Shown here: positions 39,821 to 50,110 of the stretch, in pieces
How the letters are laid out: every line of letters begins with the position of its first letter
How positions within the stretch are numbered: the first letter of the stretch is position 1
NCBI GenBank assembly: GCA_963735595.1
Contig: CAVTLK010000002.1
Location: 192,001 to 256,000, forward strand
Direction of reading: 5' to 3'
Length of the DNA stretch: 64,000 nt
DNA from: an uncultured delta proteobacterium
Lineage (GTDB): Bacteria; Desulfobacterota; Zymogenia; Zymogenales; Zymogenaceae
Made by a program: the position numbers and the translations under genes
The notes under the pieces: model-generated
Seen by the model: only the letters and a program-made list of their open reading frames with translations
Told to the model about the DNA's origin: nothing
The model's database searches: none

Positions 39821-42037
39821 ATGACGCGTGTTCTCGTTGTAGATGATTCCGAACTTATTCTCGCCCAGGTGGGAGACATCCTCGTAAAATTCGGTTATAA
39901 AGTGGTCGGAACAGCCTCGTCCGGTGTCGAAGCTATCGAGCGGGCGAAACGCCTTCACCCCGATATTACCCTGTTAGATATCGTGATGCCCGGCGAGATG
40001 GACGGAATAGAAGCTGCTCGACAGATCAGGTCCGAGCTGGATATTCCGGTTATCTTATTGACCGGCTATGAAGACGAAAAATCGATCGATCGAATTAAGG
40101 AAGTTCGCGCAGACGGCTATGTCATGAAGCCGGTGAGGCCCCTTGAACTGAAGGCTTCGATTGAAATTGCCCTGGGGAAAAGGGAATCGGAGAAGCGTTT
40201 CAAGGACCTTTACCGTGAAGTTGTTGAAAAGACGAGCGACCTTATATACGTGGTGGATGGAAAAGGTACGATAAAGTACGGAAACGACCAAATCGTGAGA
40301 ATAGCCGGATGCACGAAGGAGGATGCGATAGGCAGGAATTTCGCCACCTTTTTAACTCCCGAGTCGCTTACATACGCCGCCGAGGTATTCAGGAGGCAAA
40401 TAAAAGGGGAGAACGTCGGCCCGTTCGAACTCGATATCATGGACAGCATGGGCAACATCCACGTGTTAGAGATGAAAGAGCGGCTGATATGGGAAAACGG
40501 CAGGGTTGTTGAGGTCCACGGGATCGGCAGGGACGTCACCGAGCGAAAGAAGGTCGAGAATGAACTGAGGATATCGGAGGAGAAATTCAGGGGGGTTTTT
40601 GAGACCTCGCTTGACTTCATGTACATATCTTCCGTTGACGGGAAAATCCTTGACTATAACCCGTCGGCAAGGGACTTCTTCGGCTATACCGATGAGGAAA
40701 TCGAGGCAATGGCCGTGATTGATATCTATGCCGATCCGAACCAACGGCAGGATCTCATAGATACTCTCAAGCAGAAGGGCTTTATCCATGATTACGAGAT
40801 AAAATTGAGAAAAAAGGACGGGTCAATAATAGACGCACTGGCTACGATTACCGTCAGGAGGAACGGGGACGGAACCGTTACCGGATTCCAGGGATCGGTA
40901 AAAGACATCACCCAGAAGAAGCAAATGGAACGGCAGCTTCTGCAGGCGGAGAAGCTTTCCGGACTCGGAACGATGGTTTCCGGGATTGCCCATGAGTTGA
41001 ACAATCCCCTGACGGCGATCATGGGTAACGCGGAGCTTCTGTCGATGAACGAAGACGTTACGGACAGGCAAAAGAAGTCACTTGACGTGATACTGCAGGA
41101 ATCGTTACGGGCGGCCAGGATCGTCAACGGTCTCTTGATGTTTGCCCGCGAGCACGGACCGGAACGAAGGCTGATTAACGTCAACGATGCTCTAATGGAA
41201 TCGGTCAACCTGAAAAGATACAACCTGAAAGTTAATAATGTAGACCTGCAGTTGTCTTTGTCCGATTCCTTACCGCCGACACTTGCAGATTCACACCAGC
41301 TCCAGCAGGTTTTTGTTAATATCTTGAATAACGCCTGTGACGCCCTTGCAGCCTCGAAAGGGGGGACCCTGAAAATCGGGACGGAGCAAAAGGGGAAGCA
41401 GCTGAAGATAGTCTTCGAGGATGACGGTCCGGGGATACCCAGGGAAAACATCAAGAGGCTGTTCGACCCTTTCTTCACGACCAAGGAAATCGGAAAAGGG
41501 ACGGGATTGGGCCTTTCAATCGCGTACGGCGTTATTCAAGAACATGGCGGTTCCATCGAAGTCGAGAGCGAGCCGGGCCGGGGAGCGAGATTTACGGTCG
41601 AAATCCCGGTAGTCATTGGAAAGGGAATGGAATCGGTCGAGAAGAGAATATCGGCAATAGAGTCATTTCCCGGGAAATCTATCCTTGTCGTTGACGACGA
41701 AGCGGCGGTGTGCGATTTCCTTTCGGAGCTGCTGCAAAAAGAGGGTTACCTGGTCAAAGCCGCCTCCACAGCCGAGAATGCGATTCTGCTGTTAGATACT
41801 CATCCGTTTGACGCCGTGATAGCCGATATCAGGATGCCCGGCATGAACGGCATGGAGCTATATGGAGAAATCCTCAAGAATCATCCGGCAGTCTCGAAAA
41901 GGGTGCTCTTTGTGACCGGAGATACCCTGAGTGAGGAGGTACAGGTGTTTCTCAGGGTGTCGCATACACAAGCAATCTCAAAGCCGTTTACAACGGGAGA
42001 GCTTCTCGCGACGCTGAATCGGGTTTTCGAGGGGTGA
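39821..42037 (+). CDS. Hybrid sensor histidine kinase (REC-PAS-PAS-HisKA-HATPase-REC)
   Basis: VLVVDD/DIVMPG receiver, two PAS domains, [19 protein letters not shown]-terminal receiver. Confidence 0.92.
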   Translation: MTRVLVVDDSELILAQVGDILVKFGYKVVGTASSGVEAIERAKRLHPDITLLDIVMPGEMDGIEAARQIRSELDIPVILLTGYEDEKSIDRIKEVRADGYVMKPVRPLELKASIEIALGKRESEKRFKDLYREVVEKTSDLIYVVDGKGTIKYGNDQIVRIAGCTKEDAIGRNFATFLTPESLTYAAEVFRRQIKGENVGPFELDIMDSMGNIHVLEMKERLIWENGRVVEVHGIGRDVTERKKVENELRISEEKFRGVFETSLDFMYISSVDGKILDYNPSARDFFGYTDEEIEAMAVIDIYADPNQRQDLIDTLKQKGFIHDYEIKLRKKDGSIIDALATITVRRNGDGTVTGFQGSVKDITQKKQMERQLLQAEKLSGLGTMVSGIAHELNNPLTAIMGNAELLSMNEDVTDRQKKSLDVILQESLRAARIVNGLLMFAREHGPERRLINVNDALMESVNLKRYNLKVNNVDLQLSLSDSLPPTLADSHQLQQVFVNILNNACDALAASKGGTLKIGTEQKGKQLKIVFEDDGPGIPRENIKRLFDPFFTTKEIGKGTGLGLSIAYGVIQEHGGSIEVESEPGRGARFTVEIPVVIGKGMESVEKRISAIESFPGKSILVVDDEAAVCDFLSELLQKEGYLVKAASTAENAILLLDTHPFDAVIADIRMPGMNGMELYGEILKNHPAVSKRVLFVTGDTLSEEVQVFLRVSHTQAISKPFTTGELLATLNRVFEG

Positions 42038-42234
42038 GTCTATGCTCCTCCTTCTATCAAAACGTCTTCGCGGATACCGCCTATCTATCTTGTGACAATT
42101 TTGAGTAGCTTCTAAGTAAAAGAGGGCCACTTTTGTAAAAACAACAACGCCCTCACCAAACGGTAAGGGCGTTGTCAAAAAGTTTGGGCGGCTATACACC
42201 TGTCCGCTCGAGTATTCCAATCCTTTTACCTAAT

Positions 42235-43005
42235 CTATTTCACTTTAACCACAATAAAGGACTTTCCATCCGGGGAGACGAAGAAGTTCCGAGTCCCGTC
42301 AACCTGCAGGTTATAGAAGGTCCCCGTCTCGTTAACGTGCACGATTGAGGTGAGGGTGAATTTCTCGAGCTCGGCGCCGTCTAACGCGCTGAATCCGTAG
42401 AGGGTGGCATAGGGCTTCAGGGCCTGCGATTCGATCGTCGTTACCGGTGTAATCCTGGTGCTCGCCGGAGTGAGGCCGAATTCCTTGGCATAAAACGGGT
42501 GTCCCGCTGTTACCGTCAAGCCGCCGTTGAGGATATAGAAGCCGTTCTGCACCGCCGGGTCGTTGCCGAGCACGTCGCACGAGGTAAACCGCCTGGCGGT
42601 AAAATCATATCCCATGACCTTCTCGCCGGACGTGATATCCCGTATCATTTTCATCGAACCGTCGGCCATCATCACAAATGTGTTGCCGGAGAAGCACTTG
42701 GGCTTTGTCGGCACGGGATTTCCCTTATCGCGCCCGGCTTCGTTTGATGAGTTTGAGGACGGGGAAACATGGCAGATGGGCGTGCCGTTCTCGTCGGTTC
42801 CGACCACGAAGACGTCGTACCACCTGTTTTCCGCGAAGTTATAGACCGGCTCAGCCTTGCCGTCTATCACGTAGACGTTGGAGAATCCCTCGAGGGGCAG
42901 ACCCTCGGGACCGACGATAACCCCCTCGACGGCACCGGCCGAGATCGAAAAAGCGAGAACTAACATTAACGCCGAAATGATCGATAAAATAGCACGTTTC
43001 TTCAT
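42235..43005 (-). CDS. Secreted protein with C-terminal Hint (intein-like) domain
   Basis: Signal peptide (..ISAGA); Hint block A CFSGNTFVMMADG, block B TAGHPF (TxxH), block F FYNLQVDGTRNFFV; AAGGAGA RBS. Confidence 0.8.
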   Translation of the reverse strand: MKKRAILSIISALMLVLAFSISAGAVEGVIVGPEGLPLEGFSNVYVIDGKAEPVYNFAENRWYDVFVVGTDENGTPICHVSPSSNSSNEAGRDKGNPVPTKPKCFSGNTFVMMADGSMKMIRDITSGEKVMGYDFTARRFTSCDVLGNDPAVQNGFYILNGGLTVTAGHPFYAKEFGLTPASTRITPVTTIESQALKPYATLYGFSALDGAELEKFTLTSIVHVNETGTFYNLQVDGTRNFFVSPDGKSFIVVKVK

Positions 43006-43345
43006 AGCGATCTCCTTTGAATTGCGTAACAAATTAATAACATGCTTTTGGCAGGATGTCAATGAAGTAATATTACTAAAAGTAATATATAATAATCGTT
43101 AATTTACCGCCTGGACCTGCTTTTCACGTGACAGGGCAGGTGAACCGGTCCCGAGCCGGCGTAACCGCCTAAGGCCGCAGAGGACCGGCTGATTGCCCGG
43201 TCATCTATTGGTCTTTCATTTTGCAACCCCGTTGGCGTACTTAAATCGAAAATAGTCGTTACGTCCAGATACGCGAAAAAATAATATATTGTCAAAATTA
43301 GGTCGGAAAGATACAATACAGGACAGGGATATATTTTGTGCCAAT

Positions 43346-44026
43346 ATGAAACACCTCATCTATATCGTTGATGATGAGCCTGATATCGTTGAGATGATAT
43401 CGTTTCACCTCGAACGGTCGGGTTTTATGGCGCGCGGTTTCTATAACGGCCATGATTTATTCACGTCCCTGCAAAAGGCCATTCCTTCCCTTATAATCCT
43501 CGACCTCATGCTTCCCGACGAAGACGGTATCGAAATATGTAAAAAACTCAAAAAAGACGATAAGCTCTCCCATATCCCGGTGATCATGGTAACCGCGCGG
43601 GGTGAAGAATCGGACAAGGTCCTCGGGCTGGAAGTCGGGGCCGATGATTACATCACGAAACCATTTTCACCGAACGAGCTTGTCGCGAGGGTAAGGGCGA
43701 TTCTCAGGCGATACAAAGGCGATGAGGACAGGAAAACACTTACCATAGCCCAGGACTTCTTTATCGATCAAGAAAGGCACGAGACGTACGTCTCCGGCAA
43801 AAAGGTCGACCTCACGGTTACGGAGTTTCGGATTTTATCCTTGCTCGCCTCTAAGGCAGGCGTCGTTTTTTCGAGGGAGCAAATACTCGAGCATCTGTGG
43901 GGAAACGAGAAAATGGTAATCGATAGGACAATCGATATGCACATAAAAAACACGAGGAAGAAACTGCAGGGCGCATCCCGCTATATTAAGAATGTCAGGG
44001 GCATTGGGTATAAGGTGGAGATATGA
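43346..44026 (+). CDS. phoB: Phosphate regulon response regulator (OmpR family, PhoB/PhoP)
   Basis: IVDDE, LDLMLP, GADDYITKPFS, winged-helix RTIDMHI..RKKL, VRGIGY; adjacent to phoR-pst. Confidence 0.82.
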   Translation: MKHLIYIVDDEPDIVEMISFHLERSGFMARGFYNGHDLFTSLQKAIPSLIILDLMLPDEDGIEICKKLKKDDKLSHIPVIMVTARGEESDKVLGLEVGADDYITKPFSPNELVARVRAILRRYKGDEDRKTLTIAQDFFIDQERHETYVSGKKVDLTVTEFRILSLLASKAGVVFSREQILEHLWGNEKMVIDRTIDMHIKNTRKKLQGASRYIKNVRGIGYKVEI

Positions 44027-45753
44027 GGACGACCCTGTTTTTGAAATTTTTCCTCGGATTTTTGCTTGTTTCCGTATTGCTGGCGGCTTCGATATTCATT
44101 TTTTCCTCCCTGATTTTCTCGCAGTACTACGAGAGAACGCTTGAGAATAACCTCGTTGATCTTGGCGAAGTGATTGCGCCCGACGTTGGTGCGTTTATTA
44201 TGAGTGGAGATACGGCTTCCGTTCAAAAAGAGGTCGACGCAATAAAGACGAAGCTGAAAGAGCGGATCACGATAATCGACGTTACGGGCAGAGTCATGGC
44301 CGACTCTCAGCACGCCCCGGAAACCATGGAAAGCCATGAGCTCAGGCCGGAAGTCATCGAGGCCCTTGACGGGAGGACCGGTATATCCTACCGGCTCAGC
44401 CCGACGTTTCAGAAAAGGATGCTTTACGTCGCGGTGCCCGTTTTTGAAGGCGGGGCAGTTGTCGGCGTCGTGCGGGTAAGCGTATTCGCGCAGGACATTA
44501 ATACGGTTTTAGCCCATTTTCGTCACGAGTTTCTACTAACGCTCATTCTCATCTTATCCGTAGTCCTCATCCTTTCCTTTTTTATCTCTCGAAACTTCTC
44601 CAAACCAATACTGGAGATGAAAGAGGCGTCAAAAAAGGTGGCGGCGGGGGACTTCGGCATACGGGTTTTCTCAAACCGGACGGACGAAATACGGGACCTC
44701 GCGGAAAATTTCAACGAGATGGCGACCCACCTCGGATTGTTGTTTCGCGAACAGCAACAAAATAAAGAAGAGCTTCTCAAGATCATCTCATCCCTTGAGG
44801 ACGGCATAGTGGTATTGGATGAGAACGAGCGAATACGGCTCTTTAACGAGAGCTTCGATAGACTTGCGGGCGGCCAATGCAAGAAGGGTACTTTCTTCTG
44901 GGAGGCGATGCGCGAGTCGGCGGTGAGCGATCTGATTCAGGAAGTCAGAAAAAACGGTATCGGAGGGACGCGCGAGGCTACGGTGAAGGCACGGAGCTAT
45001 CACGTCAACGCTTCATACGTTCCAACCGAACGACAAATAGCCCTCGTATTCCACGACATAACAGAGGTAAAAAACCTCGCGAAAATGAAGGGCGAGTTCA
45101 TGACGAATATCGCCCACGAGATCAAGACGCCGCTGACGGCCATAACCGGCCTGATAGACATTATCGACGAGGTCTCGGAAAAGGAGCGCAAACACTATCT
45201 CTCCGTGATCAAGAGAAACACCGACCGACTGGTGGAAATCGTGCGGGACGTTTCCGAACTCTCCAAGCTCGAGGAAAAAAGCCTCCCCGTCGCGTTCGAA
45301 AAGGTTAACGTGAAAGAAGTCCTGGAGGAGGCGATATCGCTCTTTGAAAAGGAGACCGAGAAAAAGGATATCACGGTCACGACCGAGGTCCTGGGCGCCC
45401 CGATCGTCGCCGGAGACGCCGCCAAGCTGGAGCAGATGTTCATCAACCTGCTGGATAACGCGGTGAAGTACTCGCCGAACGGCGAGATATCCATCTCTCT
45501 TTCCCCACAGGGTGACGGCGTTGTCTTCTCGATACAGGACACGGGCATCGGCATCCCCGAAAAGGACCTGCCGCGGGTCTTTGAGCGTTTCTATCGGGCC
45601 GAGAAGTCGCGCTCCCGTGAACTGGGAGGGACGGGGCTGGGGCTGGCTATCGTGAAATATATCGTGCTGCTTCACAACGGGAAGATAGACATTCAGAGTG
45701 AAGAGGGCAAGGGGACGAAAGTCACCGTGCGGTTGCCGAAAAACGGCCGCTGA
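44023..45753 (+). CDS. phoR: Phosphate regulon sensor histidine kinase (HAMP-PAS-HisKA-HATPase)
   Basis: HELRPEV..AL extracytoplasmic motif, AHEIKTPLT, NLLDNAVKY, FERFYR..KSRSRE.GGTGLGLAIVK. Confidence 0.82.
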   Translation: MRTTLFLKFFLGFLLVSVLLAASIFIFSSLIFSQYYERTLENNLVDLGEVIAPDVGAFIMSGDTASVQKEVDAIKTKLKERITIIDVTGRVMADSQHAPETMESHELRPEVIEALDGRTGISYRLSPTFQKRMLYVAVPVFEGGAVVGVVRVSVFAQDINTVLAHFRHEFLLTLILILSVVLILSFFISRNFSKPILEMKEASKKVAAGDFGIRVFSNRTDEIRDLAENFNEMATHLGLLFREQQQNKEELLKIISSLEDGIVVLDENERIRLFNESFDRLAGGQCKKGTFFWEAMRESAVSDLIQEVRKNGIGGTREATVKARSYHVNASYVPTERQIALVFHDITEVKNLAKMKGEFMTNIAHEIKTPLTAITGLIDIIDEVSEKERKHYLSVIKRNTDRLVEIVRDVSELSKLEEKSLPVAFEKVNVKEVLEEAISLFEKETEKKDITVTTEVLGAPIVAGDAAKLEQMFINLLDNAVKYSPNGEISISLSPQGDGVVFSIQDTGIGIPEKDLPRVFERFYRAEKSRSRELGGTGLGLAIVKYIVLLHNGKIDIQSEEGKGTKVTVRLPKNGR

Positions 45754-45761
45754 AGAAAGAA

Positions 45762-45801
45762 ATCACACAAAATTTACACTGCGTTTATACGAAATTCTCA
45801 T
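45762..45801 (+). promoter_or_regulatory. Putative Pho box upstream of pstS
   Basis: Four units at 11-bp period: aTCACAC (45762), tTTACAC (45773), tTTATAC (45784), tTCTCAT (45795). Confidence 0.65.
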
Positions 45802-45851
45802 AGCAGGGCTATCCTCATTACAATACAGCACATTCTACAAGGAGGATTGTG

Positions 45852-46895
45852 ATGAACAGAGTAATGAGAATCGCGATGATGTTAGCGCTTGTGCTCGCCG
45901 GCTCCCTTCCGGCCTTTTCTGCCGGCAAGGAGATCATCGCCGCGGGGGCGACGTTCCCCTATCCCCTCTATTCCAAGATGTTTGATGCGTACAACAAGGA
46001 ATACGGGGTAAAGGTGAACTACCAGGGAATCGGCTCCAGCGGCGGTATCAAGGAGCTCACCAACAAGACCGTTGACTTCGCGGGGACCGACGCCTTTATG
46101 ACCGATAAGGAAGTAAACAAGGCCGGAGCTCCCATCGTTCACGTCCCAACCTGCATCGGGTCAGTCGTGTTAACCTATAATATCAAGGGCGTAACGGAGC
46201 TTTCCCTTTCACAGTCTGTTCTCGCCGATATCTTCCTCGGGAAGATCACCACGTGGAACGATCCGAGGATCGTCAAGCTCAACCCGAAGGCAAAGCTCCC
46301 CGATCTCCCGATCGCGGTCATTCACCGCTCCGACGGCAGCGGGACAACGAGTATCTTCACCGACTTCCTGGCGATGGTAAGCCCCGCGTGGAAGTCTAAT
46401 GTGGGTGCGGGCAAGACGGTCAATTGGCCGGCGGGCCTGGGCGCCGCCAAGAACAGCGGGGTCGCGGGGATGGTCCAGAAGGTCCCCGGCTCGATCGGGT
46501 ACGTGGAACTGGCCTACGCCATGGAGAACAAGATGCCCGTAGCCCTCATAGAGAACAAGAGCGGCAAGTTTATAAAACCGACGCTCGAGTCGACGAGCCT
46601 CGCGGCAAAGGGTAATATCCCGGACGATACCCGCGTGTCTCTCAACAACACGAGCGACCCGAAGGGATACCCGATCGCCGGGTTTACCTGGCTGGTCCTC
46701 TACAAGGAGCAGAACTACGGCGGAAGGACGATGGATCAGGCGAAATCGGTCGTTACGCTCATCAATTGGATGACCCACGAGGGCCAGAAATTCACCTCCC
46801 CGCTCCTGTATTCGCCCCTTCCAAACGAAGTGGTGAAGAAGGCGGAGAAGATCCTGAAGTCGGTCACCTATAACGGCAAACCGGTAACGAAGTAG
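45852..46895 (+). CDS. pstS: Phosphate ABC transporter substrate-binding protein
   Basis: GATFPYPLY, IGSSGG, DFAGTD, RSDGSGTT, GSIGYVE, YPIAGFTW. Confidence 0.93.
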   Translation: MNRVMRIAMMLALVLAGSLPAFSAGKEIIAAGATFPYPLYSKMFDAYNKEYGVKVNYQGIGSSGGIKELTNKTVDFAGTDAFMTDKEVNKAGAPIVHVPTCIGSVVLTYNIKGVTELSLSQSVLADIFLGKITTWNDPRIVKLNPKAKLPDLPIAVIHRSDGSGTTSIFTDFLAMVSPAWKSNVGAGKTVNWPAGLGAAKNSGVAGMVQKVPGSIGYVELAYAMENKMPVALIENKSGKFIKPTLESTSLAAKGNIPDDTRVSLNNTSDPKGYPIAGFTWLVLYKEQNYGGRTMDQAKSVVTLINWMTHEGQKFTSPLLYSPLPNEVVKKAEKILKSVTYNGKPVTK

Positions 46896-46954
46896 CGTAT
46901 GAAAAAAGGGGGGGGGATATTCCCTCCCCCCACCATTTTCGCTGGAATAAATAA

Positions 46955-47860
46955 GTGAAGAATACCTCAAAAAAAGTCGATCCCTTTATTATAAAAGAGA
47001 GGGCCTTCAAGCTGATCCTGCTGGGGGCTTCGCTCACGATACTGGCCCTCCTCGGCGCGATCTTTATAACGCTGCCTTTAGGCGCCCTCGAATCGATCAA
47101 GGAATTCGGATTCGGCTTCGTTATAGGCGGCACCTGGGACCCGATCCAGGAAATATTCGGCGCCCTGCCTTTTATCGTAGGAACGCTGCTGACGTCTTTT
47201 TTGTCCCTTGCTCTATCCATTCCGTTTTCGCTGGCCATTGCACTTTTCCTGGGAGAATATTACGGAAAGGGCATTATCCCCACTATCCTCAAGAGCGCCA
47301 TCGAGCTCCTCGCGGGCATCCCCTCGATAATTTACGGATTCTGGGGGATGTTCATCCTCGTCCCGATCGTCATGGAAATCGAGATAAAGGTCGGTGTGCT
47401 CCCCTATGGGGTCGGCATATTTACGTCGTCTATCGTCCTGACTATCATGATCATCCCGTATGCCGCCTCCATCGGGAGGGAGGTGGTACAGCTGGTGCCT
47501 AATGAGCTCAAAGAAGCGGCCTATTCCCTGGGGGCGACGAAATACGAGGTCATTCGAAGGGTTATCCTCCCCATCGCCCGGTCGGGGATTCTGGCCGGGA
47601 TGATTCTTGCCCTGGGAAGGGCCCTCGGGGAGACGATGGCGGTCACGATGCTCATCGGCAATACGAACAGCATCCCGACCAATATCTTTGCTCCGGCCAA
47701 TACCATGGCAAGCCTCATCGCCAACGAGTTTACCGAATCGGGCTCCGGGCTGCATCTTTCGAGCATCATCGAGATCGGTTTTGTCTTGTTTATCATCACG
47801 ATGATCATTAACCTCATCGGACGATATATTATCCATAAGACGAGCGTCGGGATTAACTGA
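46955..47860 (+). CDS. pstC: Phosphate ABC transporter permease
   Basis: ELLAGIPSIIYG, GRALGETMAV, IANEF. Confidence 0.92.
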   Translation: MKNTSKKVDPFIIKERAFKLILLGASLTILALLGAIFITLPLGALESIKEFGFGFVIGGTWDPIQEIFGALPFIVGTLLTSFLSLALSIPFSLAIALFLGEYYGKGIIPTILKSAIELLAGIPSIIYGFWGMFILVPIVMEIEIKVGVLPYGVGIFTSSIVLTIMIIPYAASIGREVVQLVPNELKEAAYSLGATKYEVIRRVILPIARSGILAGMILALGRALGETMAVTMLIGNTNSIPTNIFAPANTMASLIANEFTESGSGLHLSSIIEIGFVLFIITMIINLIGRYIIHKTSVGIN

Positions 47861-47861
47861 G

Positions 47862-48695
47862 ATGACGGTACGGGCAACATATATTCGCATCGTGAAGGAT
47901 CAGCTGTTTCACGCCCTGGTTATTCTCCTGGCGGCCTGTTCGATAGTCCCGCTCGCGCTGATCCTCTATTACATCACCGTCAAGGGTTTTAATGCCATTA
48001 ACTGGGAATTTTTAACGTCCCTTCCCAAGCCGGTGGGAGAAGTGGGCGGCGGTATCTCAAACGCAATTGCCGGAACGATCATGCTCGTCATAATCGCGTC
48101 CTGTTTCGCGCTTCCGATCGGCGTGATGACCGGCGTGTTTTTAAGTGAAAATAGGAATAGGAAGATTGCCCACGTAATTCGTTCTTCCGTGGAGATCCTC
48201 ATGGGTATCCCCTCGATTATCCTGGGGATTATCGCGTACGCCTGGGTAGTGGTCCCGATGGGCGGCTTTTCCGCCCTCTCGGGAGGCGTTGCGCTGGCCA
48301 TAATGATGCTCCCGGTCATTATCAGGTCTACCGAGGAGACACTCAATCTCATCCCGAACGATCTGAAAGAGGCTTCGCTGGCCATCGGGGTTCCCTACTA
48401 CCGGACGATCCTCAAGGTCATCATCCCGGCGGGGGCAAGCGGGATCATCACCGGCGCCCTCCTCGGTGTCGCCCGCATCGCAGGGGAGACGGCGCCGCTG
48501 CTCTTCACCGCGTTCGGCAGCCCCTGGATGAACCTTAATCTTTTCAAACCGGTCAACTCGATGCCCCTGTTGATATATTATTATGCGACAAGCCCGTATG
48601 AGGACTGGCACAACATTGCCTGGGGCGCTTCTTTTGTCCTGATTGTCTTTATTCTTGGTCTGAATCTCATTACAAAACTGGTCACCAGGAAATGA
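47862..48695 (+). CDS. pstA: Phosphate ABC transporter permease
   Basis: GGISNAIAG, GIPSI, ARIAGETAPLLFT, AWGAS. Confidence 0.92.
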   Translation: MTVRATYIRIVKDQLFHALVILLAACSIVPLALILYYITVKGFNAINWEFLTSLPKPVGEVGGGISNAIAGTIMLVIIASCFALPIGVMTGVFLSENRNRKIAHVIRSSVEILMGIPSIILGIIAYAWVVVPMGGFSALSGGVALAIMMLPVIIRSTEETLNLIPNDLKEASLAIGVPYYRTILKVIIPAGASGIITGALLGVARIAGETAPLLFTAFGSPWMNLNLFKPVNSMPLLIYYYATSPYEDWHNIAWGASFVLIVFILGLNLITKLVTRK

Positions 48696-49450
48696 AAAAC
48701 ATTATTCTACGGACGGAGAACCTTTCCGCATTCTTTGGGAAAGAAGAGGTGATCAAGAAGGTCTCCGTCTCATTCGAACGGAACAAGGTTACGGCGATCA
48801 TGGGCCCGTCGGGGTGCGGCAAGACTACCCTGATCCGCACCATCAACCGCATGCACGAGATCACGCCCGGCGCGACGATTACGGGGAAGATCTATCTCAA
48901 TGACGAGAACATCTCATCGATGAACCCGATCCTCGTGAGAAGGAAAATCGGGATGGTTTTCCAGCGCCCGAACCCGTTTCCCACCATGAGCATTTTCGAA
49001 AACGTCATCGCCGGATATAAGCTCAACAGCATATCGCTCTCGCGCGATGAAAAGAACGCGATCGTGGAGGATTCGCTCAACAAGGCGGCCCTGTGGGACG
49101 AGGTCAAAGACATCCTCCACCGTAAGGGGACGTTTCTTTCCGGCGGGCAGCAGCAGCGCCTCTGCATCGCCCGCGCGCTCGCCATGAAACCGGACCTCAT
49201 CCTGCTGGATGAGCCGACCTCCGCGCTCGATCCGAAGGCGACGGCAAGTATCGAGGAGCTGATAATCCTGCTAAAGGATACGGTCACGATCCTCATCGTG
49301 ACGCACAACACGGCGCAGGCTGCGCGGGTATCGGATTTTACCGCGTTCATGTACCTTGGCGAGCTTATTGAATATGGGACGACAACGAAGATGTTTACCG
49401 TCCCCGACCACAAGAAGACTGAAGAGTATCTTACCGGAAAGTTTGGTTAG
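48692..49450 (+). CDS. pstB: Phosphate ABC transporter ATP-binding protein
   Basis: GPSGCGKTT, FQRPNPFP, LSGGQQQRLCIARA, DEPTSALDP, YLTGKFG. Confidence 0.94.
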   Translation: MKNIILRTENLSAFFGKEEVIKKVSVSFERNKVTAIMGPSGCGKTTLIRTINRMHEITPGATITGKIYLNDENISSMNPILVRRKIGMVFQRPNPFPTMSIFENVIAGYKLNSISLSRDEKNAIVEDSLNKAALWDEVKDILHRKGTFLSGGQQQRLCIARALAMKPDLILLDEPTSALDPKATASIEELIILLKDTVTILIVTHNTAQAARVSDFTAFMYLGELIEYGTTTKMFTVPDHKKTEEYLTGKFG

Positions 49451-49459
49451 AGGAGCGCT

Positions 49460-50110
49460 ATGTTAGCAAGCAAAATTATCTCTTTGAAAAAGGACCTCGC
49501 CTTTTTCGCATCGCTGATCGAAAAGATGATCGAGGCAAGTATCCAGGGATTGAAAGAAAAAGACGTTCCAATGCTCAAAGAGATATTAGCGGTACATGAG
49601 CCGAAGGCAAACAGGCTCGAAAATGAAATCGATGAAGAGTGCATCGGCCTCATTGCCACGTTTCAGCCGAAAGCAAAAGACCTTCGCACCATCCTCATGG
49701 TGATGCGGATGAATAACGATTTGGAGAGAATGGGTGATCATGCGGAGAACATCGCCGAAAGCGCGATCTTTTTGGCCGAACGTCCCTTTGTCAAGCCCCT
49801 TGTTGATATTCCCCGGATGGCCGCGATAACCATAGAAATGCTAAAAGACGCGATAACGTCATTTATCGATGAGAACCCCAAGCTGGCAAAAGACGTGTGT
49901 ATGCGGGACAACCAGGTGGACGATCTTCATGAGCAGATCATTCGTGAGCTGATCACCTTCATGACGGGAGACCCGACGACAATCGAGCGATCGTTACATC
50001 TATTAAGAATCGGGAGGAATCTGGAAAGAACGGCCGACCTCTCGACGAACATCTGCGAAGATACGATTTTCATGGTAGAAGGAAAGGTTATAAAGCACCA
50101 TAAGAGATAG
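49460..50110 (+). CDS. phoU: Phosphate signalling protein PhoU
   Basis: QPKAKDLR, DLERMGDHAENIA, D..VD, LER.AD..TNICE. Confidence 0.92.
   Translation: MLASKIISLKKDLAFFASLIEKMIEASIQGLKEKDVPMLKEILAVHEPKANRLENEIDEECIGLIATFQPKAKDLRTILMVMRMNNDLERMGDHAENIAESAIFLAERPFVKPLVDIPRMAAITIEMLKDAITSFIDENPKLAKDVCMRDNQVDDLHEQIIRELITFMTGDPTTIERSLHLLRIGRNLERTADLSTNICEDTIFMVEGKVIKHHKR

Noticed and set aside
42038..43340. A fourth tRNA-Phe junction around the Hint gene
   Set aside because: Only weak echoes (tgtgacaattttg, ggccgcag, a hairpin at ~42144-42175) with no alignable tRNA core; the hairpin fits a terminator between convergent genes.
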